From an uncultured Alphaproteobacteria bacterium (GTDB taxonomy: Bacteria; Pseudomonadota; Alphaproteobacteria; HIMB59; GCA-002718135), in assembly GCA_902602695.1 (NCBI GenBank), contig CACKRO010000007.1, positions 6,127 through 70,126 on the forward strand: a stretch of 64,000 bases of DNA. The letters are read 5' to 3'. Each line of letters starts with the position of its first letter. Position 1 is the first letter of the stretch. This document shows positions 48,682-58,822 of this stretch, piece by piece. A program made the position numbers and the translations under genes. Under the pieces are notes generated by a model that made no database searches, was not told where the DNA came from, and saw only the letters and a program-made list of their open reading frames with translations.

Positions 48682-49272
48682 ATGCACCAAAAATTTATAT
48701 TAGCTAGTTCAAGTAAATCTAGATTCAAAATATTAAAAAATGCGGGATTGAATTTCACACAAAAAAAACCAAACTGCAACGAAGAAGATATTAAAAAAAC
48801 TATTAACAGAAAGACAAAGCCTGAGATTTTTGCAAAAAAACTTTCTTATGAAAAAGCAAGAAGTGTAAGTAGACAAAGAATGTATGCTAACCGAGTTGTT
48901 TTGGGTTGTGATACTGTCATTTATCACAATGGAAAAATTTTAGATAAAGTAAACTCTATTGAGAAAGCCAAAAAAAAAATTAGATCTCTATCAGGAAAGA
49001 CACACCTAATAGTATCGGGCCTAACTATTTGTCTGAATGGCTCCAAGGTTTGGGAAAATTATGAAAAAACTCATGTTAAAATAAGAAAGCTTAATAACAG
49101 TGAAATAAACACATACTTAAAAAAAACAGGTAAACAAATACTAAGCTCAGTCGGATGTTATCAAATAGAAAGTTTAGGACCCAATATTATCGAGAGCATA
49201 AAAGGCGATTATTTTAATGTTATGGGATTGCCTTTATTTAATCTGCTAGATTATTTATATTCAAAAAAATGA
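48682..49272 (+). CDS. maf: Maf-like nucleoside triphosphate pyrophosphatase
   Basis: MHQKFILASSSKSRFKIL start, GCDT and GAY-like motifs. I chose the ATG at 48682 rather than the track start. Confidence 0.8.
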   Translation: MHQKFILASSSKSRFKILKNAGLNFTQKKPNCNEEDIKKTINRKTKPEIFAKKLSYEKARSVSRQRMYANRVVLGCDTVIYHNGKILDKVNSIEKAKKKIRSLSGKTHLIVSGLTICLNGSKVWENYEKTHVKIRKLNNSEINTYLKKTGKQILSSVGCYQIESLGPNIIESIKGDYFNVMGLPLFNLLDYLYSKK

Positions 49273-50051
49273 AAAAATTTTATGTAGTTGGGAATAGATC
49301 ATCTAAAAGTCTTTCACCAACAATATTTAATTATTGGTTTAAAAAATATAACATTAAAGCGAGCTACGGGTATTTAGAGCTGACACAAAAAAACTTTCAT
49401 AAAAAAATAAAAGAGGTTTTGGAAAAAAAAGACACGCTTGGCCTAAATGTAACCATTCCATTTAAAAACAAAATTATTAAACATCTTGGTAAAATAGACG
49501 CTCATGCAAAAAAAATTGATGCTGTAAATTGTGTAACAAATAAAAAAACCATAAGCGGAACTAACACCGATTGGACAGGATATTACAAAACACTGCCAAA
49601 TATAAAAAAAACCAAAAATAAAAAAGTTATTATTCTGGGTTATGGAGGCGCATCACACGCCATTCACTACGTTTTAAAGAAGAAGGGCTTTAAGGACATT
49701 ATAATATTCAATAGATCTAAGAAAAAAATTAAGTATTCAAATAAGATTGAGTATACAAAAACATATAGAGATCTTGAAAAATACCTTGAGGGAGTTTTTT
49801 TAATAATAAATACAACACCAATAAACCCTATATTGAAAAAACAATTAAGGCTTATTACTAAATCCACAATTGTAAGTGATATTGTTTATAGCCCAAAAAA
49901 CACAACATTTCTTAAAAAGTTTCCAAAGAATAAAAAAATTTATGGAATATCAATGTTGATAGAGCAGGCCAAGCCGTGTTTTAAAATTTGGTTTGGTAAA
50001 AGCCCATCTGTAGACAAAAAAATGCTTAAAGCAATTTATAAAAAAATTTAA
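49269..50051 (+). CDS. aroE: Shikimate dehydrogenase
   Basis: 260 aa. GLNVTIPFK, NTDWTG and ILGYGGASHA motifs. Confidence 0.8.
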   Translation: MKKFYVVGNRSSKSLSPTIFNYWFKKYNIKASYGYLELTQKNFHKKIKEVLEKKDTLGLNVTIPFKNKIIKHLGKIDAHAKKIDAVNCVTNKKTISGTNTDWTGYYKTLPNIKKTKNKKVIILGYGGASHAIHYVLKKKGFKDIIIFNRSKKKIKYSNKIEYTKTYRDLEKYLEGVFLIINTTPINPILKKQLRLITKSTIVSDIVYSPKNTTFLKKFPKNKKIYGISMLIEQAKPCFKIWFGKSPSVDKKMLKAIYKKI

Positions 50052-50641
50052 TGACGCAAATCATAGCAATAACAGGTGGCATAGGATCAGGCAAATCTAC
50101 TCTTTGTAGTAAATTAAAAGAAAAAGGTTTCAAAATTCATAGTTCAGACGAGCAGGTGGCCAAAATATACAAAAACCCTGATAAAAAATTTGTTACTTAT
50201 CTACATACCATTGGTTTATCGAAGAGCATTTCAAAAAAAAATATAGATAAAAAAATTATATCAAAAATAATTTTTGAAAATAAAAAGATAAGAAAAAAAC
50301 TTGAGTTACACATATTTAAGATAGTTAGAAAAAAGAGGTCTGATTTTATAAAACAAGAAAAAGAAAAAAAAACAAGATTAATATTCATTGACATACCACT
50401 ATTGTTTGAAAATAATTTAGAAAAACAGTTCCACAAAGTAATATCTATAATAGCATCAAAACAAGTAAGATTAAAAAGACTAAAAAAAACAAGGAAAATG
50501 ACAGAAACACAGTTTAAAAATATAATTAGATCTCAAACTTCAGACGTTATAAGAAAAAAGAAATCTGATTATGTTATTTACAACAACTCGACATTAAAGG
50601 ATTATAAAATTAAAATTAATAAGTTAATAAATAAACTTTAA
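50051..50641 (+). CDS. coaE: Dephospho-CoA kinase
   Basis: 196 aa. P-loop ITGGIGSGKST and IDIPLLFE. Confidence 0.85.
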   Translation: MTQIIAITGGIGSGKSTLCSKLKEKGFKIHSSDEQVAKIYKNPDKKFVTYLHTIGLSKSISKKNIDKKIISKIIFENKKIRKKLELHIFKIVRKKRSDFIKQEKEKKTRLIFIDIPLLFENNLEKQFHKVISIIASKQVRLKRLKKTRKMTETQFKNIIRSQTSDVIRKKKSDYVIYNNSTLKDYKIKINKLINKL

Positions 50642-50649
50642 TTGAAACA

Positions 50650-51324
50650 ATGAGAGAAATAGTAATTGATACAGAAACCACTGGTCTTGATTATAAGACC
50701 GGTGACAGAATAATAGAAGTTGGTTGTGTAGAACTAAAAAACTACATTCCTACAGGAAACACCCTTCAATTTTATTGCAAACCAGATAGAAGCATCAGCG
50801 AAGGTGCAAAAAATATTGTAGGCCTAACAGATGATTTTCTCAACAAACAAAAACCATTTGAAGAAAATCACAAAGAGCTTTTGAATTTTTTGAAAAATGA
50901 CACATTAATAATTCACAATGCATCATTTGATTTAGGTTTTATAAATAATGAGCTATCAATCTTAAGGTTATCCCCTTTAGATAATCCCGTAGTTGATACC
51001 GTTTCTCTTGCAAGAGAGGTTCTAAACACAAGAATAGCAAATTTGGACTATTTATGTAGAAGGTTTAACATTGATCTATCAGATAGGTCATTCCATGGAG
51101 CCCTTCTTGACTCCCAGCTTTTAGCCGCGGTTTATTTAGAACTAAGAGGGGGTAAGCAATTTTCTATGGAGTTAGATTCAAACGGTGATGAAAAAAACAC
51201 ACAAATCAACAATAAAAATGAAACAAAAACCAAAATTATAGAGGTTAATAAAGAAGATTATCTTGCTCACAAAGAAATGTTAAAAAAACTAAAAAAACCC
51301 CTCTGGAAAAAATTTAACTATTAA
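50650..51324 (+). CDS. dnaQ: DNA polymerase III subunit epsilon (3'-5' exonuclease)
   Basis: 224 aa. ExoI VIDTETTGL, ExoII IIHNASFDLGF, ExoIII HGALLDSQLLAAVY. Confidence 0.9.
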   Translation: MREIVIDTETTGLDYKTGDRIIEVGCVELKNYIPTGNTLQFYCKPDRSISEGAKNIVGLTDDFLNKQKPFEENHKELLNFLKNDTLIIHNASFDLGFINNELSILRLSPLDNPVVDTVSLAREVLNTRIANLDYLCRRFNIDLSDRSFHGALLDSQLLAAVYLELRGGKQFSMELDSNGDEKNTQINNKNETKTKIIEVNKEDYLAHKEMLKKLKKPLWKKFNY

Positions 51325-51352
51325 TATTTAAAAAAGTTATTATATAAATCAG

Positions 51353-51934
51353 ATGATTTACGGCGACCTTCAATTTTTTGATATTTTAATATTTGCAGCT
51401 ATTGCTGGATTTATTATTTATAGATTAAGAAGTGTTCTAGGGAAAAGAACAGGATTTCAAAAAAATATATCAGAGCCAAAACCTCAAGAAACCAAAAATC
51501 AAGAAGATGTTCAAAAGATACCCTCACTAACGGATAATGAGATAAAGCTTGAGGCAATATATAAAAAAGTAAATAATTTTAATCACAGAGAATTTCTTGA
51601 TGGTGCTAAGAAAGCATTTGAAATTATTATTTCATCTTTCAACAATGGAGATAAAAAAACACTTAAAAATCTTGTGTCTAAGGATGTTTACTCTGCTTTT
51701 GAAAAAGCGATTGATGAAAAAACAAATAATCCAGAATCACAATTTTACTCACTTATCGTGGAAGGTATTGCAGATGCAAAAGTAGAAAATAACACAATAT
51801 CAATATCGGTCAATTTTATTAGCGAACAGATGTTAAACAATGATGAGGGCTCTATTGTTAAAAACAAAGACACTTGGACTTTTGAAAAACCAACAAATTC
51901 CTCAAACCCTATATGGATATTAACCCAAACTTAA
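51353..51934 (+). CDS. Tim44-like domain protein
   Basis: 193 aa. N-terminal TM helix plus a basic stretch (ILIFAAIAGFIIYRLRSVLGKRTGF), then a C-terminal Tim44-like fold region. This is the conserved position after dnaQ in Alphaproteobacteria. Confidence 0.7.
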   Translation: MIYGDLQFFDILIFAAIAGFIIYRLRSVLGKRTGFQKNISEPKPQETKNQEDVQKIPSLTDNEIKLEAIYKKVNNFNHREFLDGAKKAFEIIISSFNNGDKKTLKNLVSKDVYSAFEKAIDEKTNNPESQFYSLIVEGIADAKVENNTISISVNFISEQMLNNDEGSIVKNKDTWTFEKPTNSSNPIWILTQT

Positions 51935-51937
51935 TAT

Positions 51938-52366
51938 TTGTCCCTTAAAAAACTTAAAGATCGAATTAAAAAAAATGAAGGTTATTCTGATAAGCCCTAT
52001 CAAGATCAATTAGGCCTTTATACTATTGGTTATGGCCACCTTATTACAGGAAAAGAAAATAAATATTACATTAAAAAATTTAAAAAAAAACATTTTGAAG
52101 AATTGTTTGAGATAGATTTTAAAAAAGCACACGAACAATACAAAAAAAATTTTTATAAAAAAAATCATAAAGCTTCAGAGAAAGAATTATTAATAGAAAT
52201 GCTTTTTCAGCTTGGAGCAAAAGGTGTTTCTAAATTTATAAAAATGCTTTATTTTCTAAATAAAAAACAAAAACTCATGGCATCACTAGAGATGTTAGAC
52301 AGCTTGTGGTATTTACAAACACCTGAAAGAGTAAAAAATTTAATTAAAAATTATATAGAAAAATAA
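51938..52366 (+). CDS. T4-type (GH24) lysozyme-like protein
   Basis: 142 aa, TTG start. It is collinear with phage T4 lysozyme as I recall it: NEGYS...YQDQLGLYTIGYGHLI (Glu/Asp/Thr catalytic positions), LIEMLFQLGAKGVSKF and LWYLQTPERVKNLI. Confidence 0.8.
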   Translation: MSLKKLKDRIKKNEGYSDKPYQDQLGLYTIGYGHLITGKENKYYIKKFKKKHFEELFEIDFKKAHEQYKKNFYKKNHKASEKELLIEMLFQLGAKGVSKFIKMLYFLNKKQKLMASLEMLDSLWYLQTPERVKNLIKNYIEK

Positions 52367-52905
52367 TGGAAGAAGATTTTTTTTTAAAAAATATGAAGGG
52401 TGTAAAACCTTTTAAAAAAGATGTCTCAATAATTAAAACGAACACAACTAATAAAAAAAATATAAAATTAGATAAAAAAAATAATACAAAAAACACCAAC
52501 AAACAAACAGTAACTGAGCACAGAGTAAATAACTCAGAATTTAAAATATCATTTGGTGATTTTAACAAGGAGCTTAAGCGGGGAAATATTAATATAGATA
52601 GAAGAATAGATCTTCATGGGTATGGTTTAGCTGAAGCACATGAAAAATTTGTGAGCGAGGTGAAAAAAAATTATAACAAGAATAAAAGATGTTTACTTAT
52701 TATTACTGGAAAGGGAGTTCATAAAAAAATTGAAAATGAGCAAGACACAACTCCCAAACTTTTCTATGGAAAGATTAAAAACTCAATAATAAACTGGATT
52801 AACGAAGACGATCTTAAGAAATACATCTTAACATATCAAGACGCAGGTTTTGAGCATGGAGGCGATGGAGCTCTTTTTGTCTATTTAAGAAAAAAAAAGT
52901 TTTAA
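52366..52905 (+). CDS. Smr (MutS2-related small) domain protein
   Basis: 179 aa. IDLHGYGLAEAHEKF and ITGKG motifs of the Smr domain. Confidence 0.8.
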   Translation: MEEDFFLKNMKGVKPFKKDVSIIKTNTTNKKNIKLDKKNNTKNTNKQTVTEHRVNNSEFKISFGDFNKELKRGNINIDRRIDLHGYGLAEAHEKFVSEVKKNYNKNKRCLLIITGKGVHKKIENEQDTTPKLFYGKIKNSIINWINEDDLKKYILTYQDAGFEHGGDGALFVYLRKKKF

Positions 52906-53555
52906 ATTCTTTCTAACTTAAAAACTCTTTTTTTAAAATGAATAAGAATTTCATATGGAAGCAAATCATCTTCAATAAGAAATTCAATTTTCTTTAAATC
53001 ATTCCTTTTATGATCAGCCCAAATATTTATATAATCTTCTATTTTTAAAATTATACTTTCATTTTCACCTTTATTTTTTTTAAATCTATAAATTCTTCTC
53101 CCATCAATTGTTTTTGCGTCATTTTCCCCGTTTAAAATATTTATAAAGGATGTGATTGGATCAAAATACAAATATAAGCCTTCTAAGTTTACTCTAGCTA
53201 CCTCTTTCTCTGAGGGCTCTTGTTTTAATTCAATTAAATAATCATCAAATATCATCTTAACTATTTTTGTTTTCTTCTTTGTTTTCCAAAACTGTTCATA
53301 ACTCTTGGTTTTAAATATGTTATTTTCAATAACCCCAACTGAAAAATAACTTCCTTCAAATTTATATAAGGGTGAAAAAATACCTGAATTTTTCAAATTA
53401 ATTTCCGTTTGATAAATATTACCATCAATATTTAATGACCAACTAAAATGACCAATTTTAATTCCAGTTGTGCTTACCTTATATTCAGCATTAAAATTAC
53501 TTGCATAAGATGGGTTAACTACAACTATAAATAAAAAGACTAGAAGTTTATTCAA
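52902..53555 (-). CDS. Secreted DUF3108-like protein
   Basis: 217 aa. Signal peptide MNKLLVFLFIVVVNPSYAS and a beta-rich sequence beginning FNAEYKVSTTGIKIGHFSWSL. The family assignment is tentative. Confidence 0.4.
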   Translation of the reverse strand: MNKLLVFLFIVVVNPSYASNFNAEYKVSTTGIKIGHFSWSLNIDGNIYQTEINLKNSGIFSPLYKFEGSYFSVGVIENNIFKTKSYEQFWKTKKKTKIVKMIFDDYLIELKQEPSEKEVARVNLEGLYLYFDPITSFINILNGENDAKTIDGRRIYRFKKNKGENESIILKIEDYINIWADHKRNDLKKIEFLIEDDLLPYEILIHFKKRVFKLERI

Positions 53556-54933
53556 ATATTACCTCATAAACATTAAGTTTTCTTTTTGTAAATTTCTGAT
53601 CAGGCGAATTTATTTTAAGCAGATTATGTTCATTCTCTAAATAGCTTATATCTGAAGGGCTTCCAATTAAAGTAAAGTTCTCATTTATATTTTTACTAAG
53701 AGGAGACACTATTTTAAAGTGGTTAGTTATTTCTTCACTTTCTTTATGGGGCATATAGAAATTAATATTCATATCTCTTAATTCAAAATTAAGGCTTGAA
53801 AATAAAAGCCGATCTGAAACTACTATATTTTTTACAACATCATTTGAAAAATTACTGTAAATTTTTAGAGCATAATCATTTATACCACTTATTCGGTCAA
53901 AAATTTTAGACGGATAGCTCAGTCCAATCATTATAAAAAGAATAAAACATACAGTAAAATTAAACATGAAATTGGCTATCTTTAAAAAAGAGTTATCAAT
54001 TCTAACATACAAAAGAGCAAACAAGGAAATTAAAGCTGGAGCAGCCCAATTTGCATTAGCTCTTACAATAATCGCTTCTACCAAAACAATTAAAATAATA
54101 GGGATAGAAAATATTATAAAAATTTTTTGAACATAATCCCATTTGTTAGATCCAAATAACCCACCCAAAACTATAAATGGGCCTAACATTAAAACCTGAA
54201 TTAACAAAAATTCTAGACCTCTAATAAAATCTATTTCAATATTTGCAAAATTTGCGTTATCCGAAGTATGCTGAAGTGTTATCCAATCATTATTAAAATT
54301 CCAAATAATATTTGGTAAGATAATTATAAACATAGATAAAAAAGTTAGACTAAAGCCTGATAAATTGTTTAAAAAAATCCTTCTAAATCTTTGATCTAGT
54401 AAAACTAAGACAAATAAACAAATTACAAAATATATAGCTGCATATTTTGATAAAAATCCCAACCCAAGAAAAATACCTAATAGAATGAAATTTTTTAAAT
54501 TTTGTTCACTATTTATTTTAATTAATTGATTGAGTGAAAGTGTCCAAAATAATAATAAAAAAAGATCAGTGCTAATTATAAAAGATGAAAAAGAAACGGC
54601 AGGTATAAATAAAAAAATTAAACAACCCGCCAATGAGTCTTTTTTATTTAATCCGGTGCTAATTAAAAGATTATAAATACTCCAAGCAATTAATAGATAA
54701 ACAAGTGATGGCAGAAGTTTTAATGAAACAAAACTACTGCCTAAGATTTCCGTATAAACTCTTATTATCCACGATAAAAAAGGAGGTTTCGAAAAATAAC
54801 CAAAGTCAATATCTTTAGACCACAGCCAATACTGTGCTTCATCACCAAACAAATTGAAAGTAGTAAAATTTAAAGCAACTATCTTTAATAAAAGTAAACT
54901 AATAACTGACGGCAGTAAAATTTTATTTAGCAT
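53548..54933 (-). CDS. ArnT/PMT-like polyprenyl-phosphate-sugar-dependent glycosyltransferase (GT83/GT39-like)
   Basis: 461-aa polytopic membrane protein. GDEAQYWLWSKDIDFGYFSKPPF lies in the first periplasmic loop, the DEx(Y) motif typical of the family. Confidence 0.75.
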   Translation of the reverse strand: MLNKILLPSVISLLLLKIVALNFTTFNLFGDEAQYWLWSKDIDFGYFSKPPFLSWIIRVYTEILGSSFVSLKLLPSLVYLLIAWSIYNLLISTGLNKKDSLAGCLIFLFIPAVSFSSFIISTDLFLLLFWTLSLNQLIKINSEQNLKNFILLGIFLGLGFLSKYAAIYFVICLFVLVLLDQRFRRIFLNNLSGFSLTFLSMFIIILPNIIWNFNNDWITLQHTSDNANFANIEIDFIRGLEFLLIQVLMLGPFIVLGGLFGSNKWDYVQKIFIIFSIPIILIVLVEAIIVRANANWAAPALISLFALLYVRIDNSFLKIANFMFNFTVCFILFIMIGLSYPSKIFDRISGINDYALKIYSNFSNDVVKNIVVSDRLLFSSLNFELRDMNINFYMPHKESEEITNHFKIVSPLSKNINENFTLIGSPSDISYLENEHNLLKINSPDQKFTKRKLNVYEVIFE

Positions 54934-56254
54934 AATACTTTTTATACAATGCGAATAAAATTATATTTAAAATAACAATAAAAAAACCAGCAAAAAAAAT
55001 GTCGCTTAAAAAATGACCACCCGCCATTATTCGAATTAATCCTAATGCAAAGCCGGCAAAAAAGCTTGCATATAGAAAAATCATTTTTTTTGTAATTAAA
55101 TACAAAATTATAATTGAAAATCCAACTGAAGCATCACCTGAAACAAAAGAACAATTAGTTAAACATGCATTACTTATTTCATACCATGGTGAAAAAATTT
55201 CATTGCCACCTAACTCTAATACATCGTTTGGTCTGGCCCTACCCCAAAAATTCTTTAGAAAAAAGTTTACAAATATTAATACAATAATAACTTGAGATCC
55301 CCACAATAAAAATATTTCTTTGATAGAAAATTTGTAAGTAAAAAAAATCTTATCAATATTAATGAAGCGCCCAACAACAGGCAAAACCAATATGTAAATA
55401 AGGAGAAAGGGTAACAACACTTCTCTAAAAAATATTGAAATATAATAATGTGTATTAACCAAGAACTGAGAGTCCCCAAGATAAAATAACGTAGAAATAT
55501 ATAAATCTAAAGAGGGTCCCACAGTAATAAATAGGCAACTAATAAACAAAAATAAAATATAGTAATTAATTTCTGAATTTTTTTCAGAAACTAAATTTGT
55601 AAATTTGTAATTATAGTTTTTTTCAAAGAAAACCTCCAAAGCTTTGAATGTTATAAGAGCTAATACTGCACCTGCGACTATATCAGTAAAAAAGTGCGCT
55701 CCAACTACAACCCTGCTTAAAGCAACAATTGTGGCTAAAAAGTAAAAAAAATATTTTAATCTTGGAAAAGCAGCTATTAGAATAAAACAAACAATGAAAA
55801 TTGTTGAAGAATGACCAGAAGGAAATGAGTGAAAGTTTGACTCAAAAGTAAAATAATTAAACTCAAAAGTATTATCAAAATCAGTGTAATTTGGTCTTGG
55901 CCTTCCTATGATGTGTTTTACAATTTGAGTAATAATTCCAACTGTTAAAATATAAAAAAAAGACGAAATAAAAAAATTGACTATCTTATTTGATTTTTTA
56001 AATTTAATTATTTGAAGTTTATTGTTGAGGTAGAAAACTATAAATCCAATAAACGAAATAGCAAAATACCAAGATGAACTACCTAGTTTTGTTATATCTA
56101 TAAAAAATTCTTTAAGAAAAACACCATTAAAACTTTTACTTATATCAAGAAAGTAGATGTAAAACCAAAAGTCTGCATCAAATGAAAAAAAAATACTAAT
56201 TGTAAGTAAAAATAAAATAAGTAATTCGTATTTGGTTTTATTTAAAGTACTCAT
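54923..56254 (-). CDS. Membrane protein with two tandem PAP2 (type 2 phosphatidic acid phosphatase) domains
   Basis: 443 aa. Domain 1 has KHIIGRPRP / PSGHSS / SRVVVGAHFFTD. Domain 2 has KNFWGRARP / VSGDAS / IRIMAGGHFLSD. Confidence 0.8.
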   Translation of the reverse strand: MSTLNKTKYELLILFLLTISIFFSFDADFWFYIYFLDISKSFNGVFLKEFFIDITKLGSSSWYFAISFIGFIVFYLNNKLQIIKFKKSNKIVNFFISSFFYILTVGIITQIVKHIIGRPRPNYTDFDNTFEFNYFTFESNFHSFPSGHSSTIFIVCFILIAAFPRLKYFFYFLATIVALSRVVVGAHFFTDIVAGAVLALITFKALEVFFEKNYNYKFTNLVSEKNSEINYYILFLFISCLFITVGPSLDLYISTLFYLGDSQFLVNTHYYISIFFREVLLPFLLIYILVLPVVGRFINIDKIFFTYKFSIKEIFLLWGSQVIIVLIFVNFFLKNFWGRARPNDVLELGGNEIFSPWYEISNACLTNCSFVSGDASVGFSIIILYLITKKMIFLYASFFAGFALGLIRIMAGGHFLSDIFFAGFFIVILNIILFALYKKYYAK

Positions 56255-56283
56255 TTTATAGTTATTAAAAAATTAAATGAGAT

Positions 56284-57597
56284 TTACAATATAAACTTAG
56301 ATAAGTCCTGACTTTTAATGAGTTCTCCTAAGCTATTTTCAACATATTTTTTATTAATTATAATTTCTGTAGGCCCAATATCTGAGGCAGTATAACTTAC
56401 CTCCTCTAATAACTTTTCCATAACCGTATGTAATCTTCTAGCACCTATGTTTTCTACATTCTGATTAATTTCAGTTGATAGAGAGGCTATTGAGTCAATC
56501 CCATCTTCTTCAAATTTTAAATCTACCTTTTCTGTTCCAAGAAGTCCTTGATATTGTTTAATCAAGCTATTTTGAGTTTCTGTTAGAATAAGTTTAAAAT
56601 CTTTTTTACTTAAACTATCAAGCTCTACTCTTATTGGTAATCTTCCTTGAAGTTCTGGAAGCATATCTGATGGTTTCGACAAATGAAAAGCACCTGAAGC
56701 TATAAATAAAATATAGTCTGTTTTTACAACACCATATTTAGTTGTAACAGCTGTCCCTTCTATTAGTGGCAATAAATCTCTTTGAACACCTTCTCTTGAA
56801 ACATCTGCACCACTTCTCTCAGCCCTAGAGGTGATTTTATCTATTTCATCTATAAAAACAATTCCATTTTGCTCAACATCTTCAAGAGCCCTTGAGTTTA
56901 TTTTATCTTTATCCAAAAGTTTTTCAGTTTCTTCCGATAACAAATAAGTGTGAGAATCTTTAACACTCATTTTTTTCATTTTTTTTTGATTCCCAAAACC
57001 TTTTCCAAATACATCACCTAAATTAATCATACCCATTTGTGAGCCAGGCATACCAGGGATATCCATAGTTGGTAAATTTAAATTTGAATTTGCTGAAACA
57101 GGAATTTCAACCTCATTGTCATTCAATTCACCTGATCTAAGTTTTTTTCTAAAATTATCTCGTGTGGCAGGAGTAGAGCTTTTAGAAACTAAAACATCTA
57201 ATATTCTTTCTTCTGCATTTTTTTCTGCCTTTGCTTTTACTTCTTGGCCCATTTGTATTTTTGTTTTTGTAATACTAATTTCAACTAGATCTCTTATAAT
57301 TTGTTCAACATCTCTACCAACATAACCAACCTCTGTAAATTTTGTCGCCTCAACTTTTACAAAAGGTGCATTTGCTAATTTAGCAAGCCTTCTTGAGATT
57401 TCTGTCTTTCCACAACCTGTAGGACCAACCATTAAAATATTCTTTGGTACAATTTCCTCTTTTAAAGAGTCATCAAGTTGTTTCCTTCTCCATCTATTTC
57501 TTAGCGCTACAGCTACAGCCTTCTTTGCTTTGTTTTGACCAATTATGAATTTATCTAATTCAGAAACAATTTCTCTTGGGCTAAAACTTGATTCCAT
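56284..57597 (-). CDS. hslU: ATP-dependent protease ATPase subunit HslU
   Basis: 437 aa. Walker [16 protein letters not shown] and Walker B VFIDEIDK. Confidence 0.95.
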   Translation of the reverse strand: MESSFSPREIVSELDKFIIGQNKAKKAVAVALRNRWRRKQLDDSLKEEIVPKNILMVGPTGCGKTEISRRLAKLANAPFVKVEATKFTEVGYVGRDVEQIIRDLVEISITKTKIQMGQEVKAKAEKNAEERILDVLVSKSSTPATRDNFRKKLRSGELNDNEVEIPVSANSNLNLPTMDIPGMPGSQMGMINLGDVFGKGFGNQKKMKKMSVKDSHTYLLSEETEKLLDKDKINSRALEDVEQNGIVFIDEIDKITSRAERSGADVSREGVQRDLLPLIEGTAVTTKYGVVKTDYILFIASGAFHLSKPSDMLPELQGRLPIRVELDSLSKKDFKLILTETQNSLIKQYQGLLGTEKVDLKFEEDGIDSIASLSTEINQNVENIGARRLHTVMEKLLEEVSYTASDIGPTEIIINKKYVENSLGELIKSQDLSKFIL

Positions 57598-57598
57598 T

Positions 57599-58147
57599 TT
57601 AAAGTTCTATGCTTTCAGAAATAATATTATGATTTGTATAAATACAAATATCTGCAGCTATATTTAGTGATTCTTCAGCGATTTCTTTTGCATTCATTTT
57701 TGTATTTTTCATTAGTGCTTTTGCTGCACTATTAGCATAAGGACCTCCTGATCCTATAGCAAGTATTCCATCATCTGATTCAATAACATCTCCAGTTCCA
57801 GACAATAATAGACTTACCTCTTTGTCAGCAACGATCATCATTGCCTCCAATCTTCTAAGATATCTATCAGTTCTCCAATCTTTAGCTAATTCTACACAAG
57901 CTCTTTTAAGTTGGTTTTTATATTGATCTAATTTTCCCTCTAATCTCTCGAATAAAGCAAACGCATCTGCAGTAGATCCTGCAAATCCAGAAATAACTGA
58001 CTCATCAGCTCCGAGTCTTCTAATTTTTTTAACATTAGATTTCATTACAGTATTACCAAGGCTAGCCTGACCATCACCTGCAATAACGACAAGATTATCT
58101 TTTCTAATTCCTACGATAGTTGTTGATTTAATAATGTTTTTTTTCAT
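57599..58147 (-). CDS. hslV: ATP-dependent protease subunit HslV
   Basis: 182 aa. TTIVGIRK, with the N-terminal Thr nucleophile after a short leader, and a GSGG motif. Confidence 0.95.
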   Translation of the reverse strand: MKKNIIKSTTIVGIRKDNLVVIAGDGQASLGNTVMKSNVKKIRRLGADESVISGFAGSTADAFALFERLEGKLDQYKNQLKRACVELAKDWRTDRYLRRLEAMMIVADKEVSLLLSGTGDVIESDDGILAIGSGGPYANSAAKALMKNTKMNAKEIAEESLNIAADICIYTNHNIISESIEL

Positions 58148-58228
58148 TCTTTCATAAGATGGCTATTTAATTATTTTTATCAAGTAATTTACCTAGAATA
58201 AATCAGATTTCACTGATATTAGGCAAAA

Positions 58229-58816
58229 ATGCGAAAAGGTAAGGTTGAGAGAAACACTAAAGAAACCAAAATAAGATGTGAAGTTAACTTAGATGGTAGT
58301 GGCCAATCTAAAATTACAACACATATTGGTTTTTTTGACCACATGCTCGAACTATTATCTCATCATAGTTTGATTGATATAGATTTAAGATGTGAAGGAG
58401 ACACCAATGTTGATCTTCACCATTCAGTTGAAGATACAGCGTACGCAATTGCATTAGCTATAAACAAGGCATTAGATGATAAAAAAGGAATTAATAGATA
58501 TGGCTTTTCATATGTTCCAATGGATGAATGTTTATCAAGATGTGTTATTGATTTAAGCGGAAGGCCTGAGCTTGTGTGGAATGTTAATCTTGGTTTAAAA
58601 AAAATTGGTGAAATGGATACAGAGTTATTCCATGAATTTTTTAAAGCCTTTTCAAATGAATCTAAATGTAATTTACATATCGAAAATTTGTATGGAAAAA
58701 ACAATCACCATATCATTGAATCATGCTTTAAGGCTTTTGCCAAAAGTTTAAGATTTGCTGTCGAAATAGACAATAGAAGAAAAGATAATATACCATCATC
58801 AAAAGGCACTCTTTAA
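58229..58816 (+). CDS. hisB: Imidazoleglycerol-phosphate dehydratase
   Basis: 195 aa. [21 protein letters not shown] and HHIIES motifs. Confidence 0.95.
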   Translation: MRKGKVERNTKETKIRCEVNLDGSGQSKITTHIGFFDHMLELLSHHSLIDIDLRCEGDTNVDLHHSVEDTAYAIALAINKALDDKKGINRYGFSYVPMDECLSRCVIDLSGRPELVWNVNLGLKKIGEMDTELFHEFFKAFSNESKCNLHIENLYGKNNHHIIESCFKAFAKSLRFAVEIDNRRKDNIPSSKGTL

Positions 58817-58822
58817 TTTTTA

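Noticed and set aside
51938-52905. I considered whether the T4-like lysozyme marks a prophage or phage remnant.
   Set aside because: No integrase, holin, capsid, terminase or other phage-like genes lie nearby. The flanks are conserved core genes (dnaQ, tim44-like, smr) with overlapping stops and starts.
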